Source: Paramecium tetraurelia (taxonomy: Eukaryota). Taken from it: DNA of 64,000 nt. A program made the translations under genes and the position numbers. The DNA is taken from assembly GCA_000165425.1 (NCBI GenBank), contig CT868009.1, positions 62,001 through 126,000 of the forward strand. Direction: 5' to 3'. Shown here piece after piece: positions 55,338 through 64,000 of the stretch. Each line of letters starts with the position of its first letter. Positions within the stretch are counted from its first letter, which is position 1. The notes beneath the pieces were generated by a model. It was not told the origin of the DNA. It was given only the letters and a program-made list of their open reading frames with translations, and did not search any database.

Positions 55338-56146
55338 ATGATTTCTAGAATTCCCTTAAGACTTGTCAGATCATTAAAGCCTCTTAATATGACCACAGTT
55401 TGTGCTCCATTTTGTACATCAATAGAAAAGGTTAATAAAGGTATATATTTTATATTAATGGAATTTAGCTGGTTAAAAATTGGTGAAAATAGTTGAAAAA
55501 GAACTCAAATACGAAAAAACTAATTATGCTCCTGATGAAACAGCCTTAGAATTTGTTTAAAAAGCTGGATTCTAATTGATCGATTCTGAAAGTGATCACT
55601 AAGTAACTTTGGAAAAAAAGGTTGGTGACATCAAAGTCATTGTCCAATTCCAATCGAGACAACCAAACTCTGAGGAGTAAGAAGAAGAAGAGGCTGAAGA
55701 ACATAAAAACCAGAAAGAAACAGAAGAAGAAGAAGAAAACTAATCAGCTGACTATGCTGACTTCACTGTTTATCTTTAGAAAAACAATGGATAAATTCTA
55801 TGCTATGAATGCACAACCTCTTAAGGCGAAGTAATCTATTCTATTAAATTTATTAGATAAATGTCAACATGGTAAGTCTCGTCAAAGACCTAGAAGCACA
55901 CAAGAAAATCCCTAGATTCGAAAGAGGATTATAAGACTATCAAGGACCAGAATTTATGACCTTAGATGAGGTATAGAATAAATTCATATATTCTATTAGA
56001 AATTATAAATGACATTGGTCGAATACTTGAGAGGGTATGGAATCAATGACGAACTAGGAGCATTCGTAGAACACTATTCTTTGGACAAAGAAGAGAGACT
56101 ATACATTTAATGGTTAGATCAACTAACAACATTTTTGAAGAATTGA
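55338..56146 (+). CDS. MAM33: Mitochondrial acidic matrix glycoprotein MAM33/C1QBP family
   Basis: Basic presequence MISRIPLRLVRSLK; ELKYE; acidic loop; YQGPEFMTLDEKLQ...EYLRGYGIND...KEERLYIQWL; three introns. Confidence 0.92.
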
Positions 56147-57276
56147 GGAAATGAAATCATCATTTATTGTTATATTAATAGTCAATATTTTTGGAATTAT
56201 GTAGATGTCAGTCTATAATATCATTCATTTGAAATCTGTAAGAAAGATATTATATTAATTCTGTCACTTAATTCGAATATTTTTTGATATTAAAAACTCA
56301 ATCTTTTTTTATATTTGTTATTCAGTTTAAAAGTAATGATGAGTTGATTAATATACATTGTAAATATGCTATTTCTTCTTGAAATTATTAGTTTCACTAT
56401 ACAATTTCATTAGGATGATTATGTTTGCTTAATAATGTCTTATAAAGAAGTGCAACTCTATTAAATAATATTAAATTTTTTTGAACATATAATCTTCAAT
56501 TTTTGCTTTTGTAAATACGAGTCAACACCTAAATAATAATTCTATGATGGAAAGATAGGAGAATAAAGATAATTTTCTTATTAAGTCATTTGTAATCGAG
56601 ACATTTAATAAACTTGAGTTAATGCTATAATTATTGTTCAATAAGACAAACTTATTTTATTTAATTAGATTTCGAGAACCTTTAATATATGATTAAATAA
56701 ATTACAAATTACAAGCCTAATAATAATTTTGACATTGCTTAAATTTAATTCCAAATTTGATTACAACTGATTATCCAATTGAACCATTGACATGTAACAA
56801 CTCTGTTTTTATATTTTGTAAATATCATAGTAAGACTAGTAAATATAAGCCATTAGGTTACAATATCTAAGTTATTCCACAATATAATTAATTGTCAAAC
56901 AATAGTGAAATTAAGTATCCAGTTCTAATGATGGTTATTTAAGGTTACTCTCGCAAATTTTAATGATGTTTTAAGACCACAAGGAAGAGAAGAGGTATTA
57001 CATCAAAGTGTCAATGTAAAAAGAGACATAAAAGGATTTTAATAGTTTTTATAATCAAATTAATTAATGAATATCCACATGTGTTAAAATATAAGAGTAT
57101 GTGGTTCATATTTTAATTTAAATAAACATAGAAATTTCTACCCACAACATTTATTCGCTTATTTTAATATGATGTTAGAAATAAGTGTAAAATAAGTAAA
57201 ATAATTTGAGAAATCCCTTTTTGTAACAAATTCAATTTAAACATAAATAATAATTGGCTGTATTATAAATATAATA

Positions 57277-58783
57277 TCATTATTCAAGAATAAAATCTTG
57301 AGGAGCTTTGAGAGGTTTATCTAGCAAGCTATCCTATCCGAAATCTAAACTAGGTTTAACAGTAAAGGATGGTAGATAAGATTTCCCATTGATATTAACT
57401 CGATCTTCATTCAGATGATATGAATGCATAAAGTACATTTCTTTTTTGATTTTACGATTAGGAAATAGATATGGAGCCTAAACAACGTCATTATAAATAG
57501 GTATTTGAAACTCATCATTGAGATTGATATTTCTCGTAGACTCGTTCCTCAAAGTGATTTAATTGAACTATTATGCTTGCAGTAATTCCAAGGCCTAATC
57601 TGCCGTCAACCTCTTTTTGGGATTATATTCTAATAAGCCATACAAAATTTGATTCAGAATATTACTATATTAAGAAATGGTATGCTTAACATACATGCAT
57701 TTCTAGTTTTTATTAATTAATTCTTTAGTTTTATCAGCAGCAAATAGAGGCTATTTCGTCATACTAGATTATTTTAATATTTTACATCCTATAGAGCATG
57801 ACTCCAATACCAAACATATCGATTTAAGGAGAATACGAAAATCTTTCATTTTTATATTTATTTTCTTCGTAATTTAATATCTCTGGAGCAATATACCCAG
57901 GTGTACCACAAACTGCAAATGGATAATCTGGAGTATTAAATATGGCTAGACCGAAGTCTATGATTTTAATATTTTCAATCGAATTCATTTTGGAAAGCAT
58001 GACATTTTCTAATTTCATATCTCTATGTATTATATTTTGTTGATGGCATTTTCGGATGCCCAGAAGCAGTTGCTAACATAACTTGGTATAAAATACATGT
58101 AGAATTGTCCTTACATTTTACTCAGGTATTTGATAGGATTGATTTTTGATAAACTTGTGCAGGTTCTCGCCATCCAAGTAATCAAACACTAAGTAGTAAC
58201 TATTTTCTCCTTCAAAAATCTCATTCAACTTAATTAGGTTTGGATGAGATTTTAATGTTCTTAATATTTGTATTTCATTAACCAACCTATCGAATCTGTC
58301 TGAAGTTCTTTTCTTCTTTATGTAATCCTTACTTATGCATTTAGCAGCAAAAGACTTATTGGCATTGTAATCCTTAACTAAGATCACCTTACAAGATGCC
58401 CCTGAACCTATTATGTCATGGGAGGAGTAGAAGCCAGAAATTCCTTGCATAAAGACCTTCGTTTAGATATATGTTTTCATTTGATTCATCTGAGCAGATT
58501 GACCAGTAAACCACTTTGTTTTATTAAAATACTTTATGCCGAACTCTTTAATTTTATGATCATCGCTATGTTTCCAACTTACTTGACTTTTTAGACTCAG
58601 ATCAATCTCATACTTAGGAGGGTGTTCTAACTATGAGAATATCAATTTTATATACTATACATTCTCTCTGATAATGATCTTATTTTCGAATATCTGCAGT
58701 TAATAGTGTTTATCAATGAGCAAGTGTTTACGAATTACTTCGCATTAGAAGATCAATTAATTGCTTTTATTTTGAATCTCCAT
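57277..58783 (-). CDS. Ser/Thr protein kinase, CAMK-like, with possible PH-like N-terminal domain
   Basis: GSGASCKV, AAK, HRDMKLEN, DFG, VCGTPGYIAPE, DMFGIG; several tiny introns. Confidence 0.93.
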
Positions 58784-59801
58784 TTATAATTTATATTTTA
58801 ATGAGATAAACAACTTAAACTAAAATTCCATACTCAACTTCTCTGAAAATCTTGAGTAACTTCTCAAATAGATGCAAAAACCAAAACGTTAACAAGAATA
58901 ACAACATCCTTCAAGATATAGAATATTTGTATACTCTGCCCATCTAACGATAACAATGAACATAGTTAAAATCTAGTGTTTAAGTTATTCGAAATGGTCT
59001 ATAGATTTTATGAAAGTGCCGAGATGCAATATTTATAATGTTAAATAATACTCTTTCATCTGAACAATTGGTGATGATAACATCTTTAAATAAAGGAATT
59101 TATAAAATTAAATTATAATATTTTTGCTTGCCTAATCAATGTTTTGAATCTCCTTATTTTTTACTATCTTTACAATAAGTATTTGAAATAGATAAAAATT
59201 AATTTCTAAGTAGAATTATATAACAATTAATTCTAAATACTCATATTGTAAAAGAGCGATATCTCTTTGTCAAAACTACTAAACATAATAGTGAATTGAT
59301 AGTATTATAGATATTATTATTTCTAAATATTCTTATATTATTGCTTATAATAATACATGATTATTGAATAATAATAACTAATCTATTAGTAAGGATATAT
59401 ATAACATTCTGATTTCTTATTGCATTGGGATTAAATTATCATATTGCTATTAATTTATCTAAATGTAATTAATATTATTTTGAGATTTTCATTGTAATTC
59501 AGTTTCAATAAAGAAGTAATTATTAAATGACCTATAAAAATATATATATGTTATGTATTTGATTTGTTATTATAAAATAGATTAATTGATTTAGTATAAT
59601 CGTTAGAAACCATTTCAATTTCTTCATAATTCTAACCTGAAATGTCATAAAAAAATTTTGTTTTTTTTTAAATTTAATCTGAACACCCAAGTAATGCTAA
59701 ATTTCTAAAAAGAGATTCTGAGATTCGAATCAAAAAAAGATTTAAAATTAAAAAATAAATCTAAATCTTTGGATTATTTATATAATTCATTATTAAATTT
59801 A

Positions 59802-62671
59802 ATGGCACTCAAAGTAAAAATTATACTCAGTATGATAGCACTTCCCTTAGCTTTATTTGTTGCTTCAGTTTTCTGGATATTATCAATTTATTAGACAATT
59901 ATACCAAAAACCTAATTATCTGTGTAATAGCTATCAGTTAAATTACTAAATGAAACTTTATAAGTATGATTGTATTCTATAGTTTAAAGTTTGAATCAAG
60001 AGCCCTATTCATCGTAACCAAAATAAATTAATCAATGCAATTCAACAGTCCCTTTATTATAAGAAATGTAATATTCAATCAATTTACAAATAACACATTA
60101 AGAATGCTTGATTAAACAGAAATCCACAGTTTGGAACTGTTTCTGGCTCCCTTGTATAAATCTCACAGATTGGAATATTTTACGATATTGTGTAAAGATA
60201 AATAGGAATACTTATCGATTGGTGAGGGTAGTTAATAGTTTACAAAGGAATTTATAAATTGGACTAGTCTCTACGAGGCAAACTTAATCATCAATGAAAA
60301 TTAAATTAAGATCACGGTTGGAAATTAGAAGTATTGAGTGTAATTACATATTAGATGTAATATTCAAGTCTACTATGGAGTGAGAGATTTCATTATTAGT
60401 ATGCTAAAAAATGCAGAATTTGTGACTAATTAAGTATAATCAAGAACCGTTTTACTTGATGCTCATCCATACAATGTCATTTGGCAAGAAAATAATGAGA
60501 CAAATTTATCAAAGATTCTGGATGTCGACAATGAGAAGACTTTATAAATTTTGAAGTTCAATAGGTAGGAGGATGAATTTGGATGTTTAAAGTAAGAACC
60601 TAAGACAATCAGTTATGAATCAAACACAGAAAACCGATTAATTAAATATATTCAATTTTCTATAAGTGACCTCCATTACAAATGTAACTAGTAATATAGC
60701 GTTAAATTGACCTACATGATGATAATATCTCTAAACTAATTCCACGAACATTTGGGCACTTAGGATCTTAATTATGATAGACTCAACTATGCTACTAATA
60801 GTTATGCTTGTCTTATCATTTTATTGATTTTCTATTTTTACAGAGTTGCTGTCAAAGTTGCATTATCATTTGAAGTGCCTATTGAGAGAATTACAGAAAT
60901 AATAAATGAACCTTATAAATTTCATTATGAAAATTCAAGCTAAAGAATGGACTTAAGACAGCAACTCCATAACTAAGAGCTTTTATAACTTTATGACTCA
61001 TTGCTCTTATGTGTAATCATGCATCAATTTCATTAAAAACAATAGTTGTTAAATAATAACGATAAGGGAGCAGAGTATTTATAAAATTTGTGTTAAATTA
61101 AGTCTTTCTACAAGTTCTGTCAAAATAAGTGGATGGTGAGTGTTTGTGGTAATAATATGGCCATGATTCATTATAAAAATAAAAGATATTCTGAAGCTCT
61201 AAACTAATTAGCTGAATCTATAATGATAGGTAACAAAGAATTGACTAGTTTGAAATAGATTGAGAAATTAAGAAAAAAGATAGAAAGGAATCATTTTGGA
61301 AAATCTATTTTAAATAGGTTGTAATCCTATATTATTAATAAATTTGCTGGGAAATCGTCCAATATTATAGATCAAGGAAGGTTCAAATCTTAAGAGGAAC
61401 AAAATAGGGCATGTCTCTCTATGTCAATTCATAAAAGCATGGCTCTAAAGAACTCAATCGAAGATAAATAATAATGCTATCAATCGATTGGGCAATAACA
61501 AAGTCAAGAATATAGATAAAATTATAAAAGAGACAAAGACTAGTTAACTTTGTGTTTATTCTTTAGAAAATATGCTTACATCATTATTCTGTTTAAGTTC
61601 TGCATAAATTCAGATTCCAAACTATTTAATGAAACAATCCAAAATATCAAACAGCTGGAAGAAGAAATCAGTCAAAAATAAAAATGGAAAAAAAGTAAGT
61701 ATCTAACTCTTATGAGAATTAAAGCCTAAATTAAATTGTTCTATTGCTACATGTAATTGAAGATGTATGAATCTGCTTACACCACTAATTAATTCTTATT
61801 AGGACAATATGATTACTATCTTGGATTAGAAGATGATCAAATTAATTACCATATAGGATATAATACATTCGAAAATATTCCTATTAGTTATATGTAAGTC
61901 TAACTAGCATTGCAGAAAATTGTTTTGATGAAGTTCAATAATCAAAATTACTAAGCTGCACTAGAGTCCGCAAATCTATTTAAGAAATTAGATGATCAAA
62001 ATTAAAAAGTTTAATTATAGCTACTTAAGATATTGGAGGAGATCTTTGTACAATACTACTTAGATAAAGATTTGATTACTATTCAAAGGGAAGTCATAAA
62101 TTAAGAATAATAAAAAGTAATCATTTTAATTGATTACTCTAAAACTATGGCATTCAATTAAATTTAAATCTCATAGACCTATTGTAAATATATTCTATAA
62201 AGAGTATACAAATCAACTTCAGTGGGATTATATTTATTTAATGAAATTCTATTCGAAGCATTTAAACTATAAAATTAAATGTACACCTAAGATCTATATT
62301 CTTAAATATTGGATAAACTGTTATTGCCTCCAGGAGGAACCAGTCAATTGTTTGAAGTCATCAAACAAAGCGTTAAACTATTTCGTAATTCTGATGAAAC
62401 TAAATTTGAAAATTATTTGTGCTTATTCACAGAGTTTTAATCCTAAAACATAGAGCAGAATTTTTATGAAATAAGAACTCTTTTGCATTTCAATAAAATT
62501 AAGTTGGTCGTCTTTTAAATTCAGAATTCTAATAGAAATATCTAAATTGCTTAACATATGAGTGATTATTGTAATGGGCTTTTAATACAAAACGAAAAAT
62601 AAATAACGAATTGGTTAGATTCTTTAGGCCATACAAAGGTTTAACATAGTCATTACTTTGAGTTTTGGTGA
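59802..62671 (+). CDS. Receptor-like two-TM protein with luminal domain, HAMP-like linker and TPR-like cytoplasmic region
   Basis: TM1 IILSMIALPLALFVASVFWILSI; TM2 YACLIILLIFYFY then FEVPIERITEII; TPR-like VCGNNMAMIHYKNKRYSEALNQL; ends ...YFEFW-TGA. Confidence 0.75.
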
Positions 62672-62798
62672 ATTAAATTTATAATGTATATAAATTTTAT
62701 ATCATTTTTATTGATTTTTAATCAAAGACAAATATATATAATGTTAGGTATTTACTATTATTTCAAAAATATCATTTATTCTGAATATATCATTAAAT

Positions 62799-64000
62799 TC
62801 AAGGGTTCTCCTATTAAATTTCTTTCTGGGATGATTCCTCTATAACCTCTTGGGTTTCATTAAATTCCTAACTTAAAAACCTCTGCTTTATTGAAATATT
62901 TGATAGAGGAATTTATGATCCATATCTCTAATGCTTCTACTGTTGCTTCAATCTAAGAAATAATGATTACCATTAATACTTGGTTTCTTGTAATAGTTCA
63001 TTTTCAATACTATCCTTTTCTAATTGAAAAAATGAATGTTTTCTGCTAGAATCATCTTCCTCTAAAATGATCTATTTAGTTTAAGCTGCAATTTTCTATC
63101 AGAATTAGTACAATACATCCTTATTCTTTAAATTCTGTTTTCTTAATTGGGATAGTAGTATTGTATGATTCTAAATCGATCTCTGTTTAGCTTAAAGAAC
63201 GTGCTATTTTAGATTTTCTTCTACGTTCAAGACGCATTTGGAATGTGTCAGTTTGAGATGCCATTTCGTTTTGTATCATAGTTTATATTTACTTAACTTG
63301 ATTAGTGTGATTATTAACTATTTCTTTAACTTGGGCCTCAATCACAAATATGAAACTTGTACCTCTTTAGATTCAGTTTAGCTGTAGATTAGATCAAGTT
63401 CAATACGTTTTGATTCTTCTTCGAATTTAGCTCTCTTATTTATAATTTATTCTTTTGATAATAGAAATTCTTCGTTTTCTCTTTGAGTAGTAAACAGAAT
63501 AAGAGCATTGAGTTTTTTTTAGAAGAAAAAGCTCCGTTTATCTTAGATGGATTCATAATATTCTATTCCAATCTATTTAGTATAGCAATGGCAATTACCA
63601 TATAGAGTGAGATTAACTATTATAATTGAGAAAGCTGAGTCTATTCATTGCTGTCGATTTCCATTTCAAGCTTGAGAATTTGATCAGCGAAGTCTTAGGG
63701 AAGACTTTTCTTAGATAAAAAATCCAATCCGAATTTAAACATTTAATTTTTTTATATATATTAATGAAATTAGGTACTGTAAGGAGCTTGTTTGAGTTTA
63801 GAGATACTTCAACAGAAGGGATTTTGGATAATCTCATTGCTTCTGTAGGTATGACATGTGTAAGGGATTAAACGTAGGTTAACTGTAAGGATTAGGACTG
63901 CCTGACATCTGCATAATTTGTAAGAGACAAACTTTGGGAATGTTCAAATCAGGATTTGAGCAGTGGTCTAGTTTCCATTGCGTACTTGGGATTTGTCCAA
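62799..64000 (-). CDS. 3' part of unknown coiled-coil-rich protein (5' partial)
   Basis: Open code-6 frame running in from the window edge, E/K/Q-rich, ending ...QKEIQQENP-TGA at 62799-62801. Confidence 0.75.

Overview
This is AT-rich, gene-dense eukaryotic DNA of a ciliate macronuclear genome, most likely Paramecium (aurelia-like). Genes read open only in genetic code 6 (TAA/TAG = Gln, TGA sole stop), carry tiny 20-30 nt GT..AG introns and are often only 10-100 bp apart. The supplied standard-code ORF track therefore fragments most real genes and includes many antisense artefacts. Manual code-6 translation gives 32 protein-coding genes plus one probable pseudogene: two EF-hand calpains, a hybrid histidine kinase, a SSNA1/DIP13-like protein, a TPR protein, an MBOAT acyltransferase, an LRR-ankyrin protein, two CAMK-like kinases, a PAP2 phosphatase, two paralogous 2-TM proteins, two CNBD channels (one lacking GYG), PKG, a large PAS membrane protein, a PAK with tandem PBDs, a RAP protein, COA4, an AT-hook protein, an ankyrin-AGC kinase, a TCBP-25-like EF-hand protein, PIG-P, a CCT protein, a C2HC zinc-finger protein, MAM33, a receptor-like TPR protein and several unknowns. 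I saw no rRNA, tRNA, CRISPR array, transposon or telomere repeat, and no clear multi-gene novel system. The best leads are individual unusual proteins and splicing/pseudogene features. All coordinates and translations were made by eye, start codons are less certain than stops, and family calls come from recalled motifs rather than database searches.
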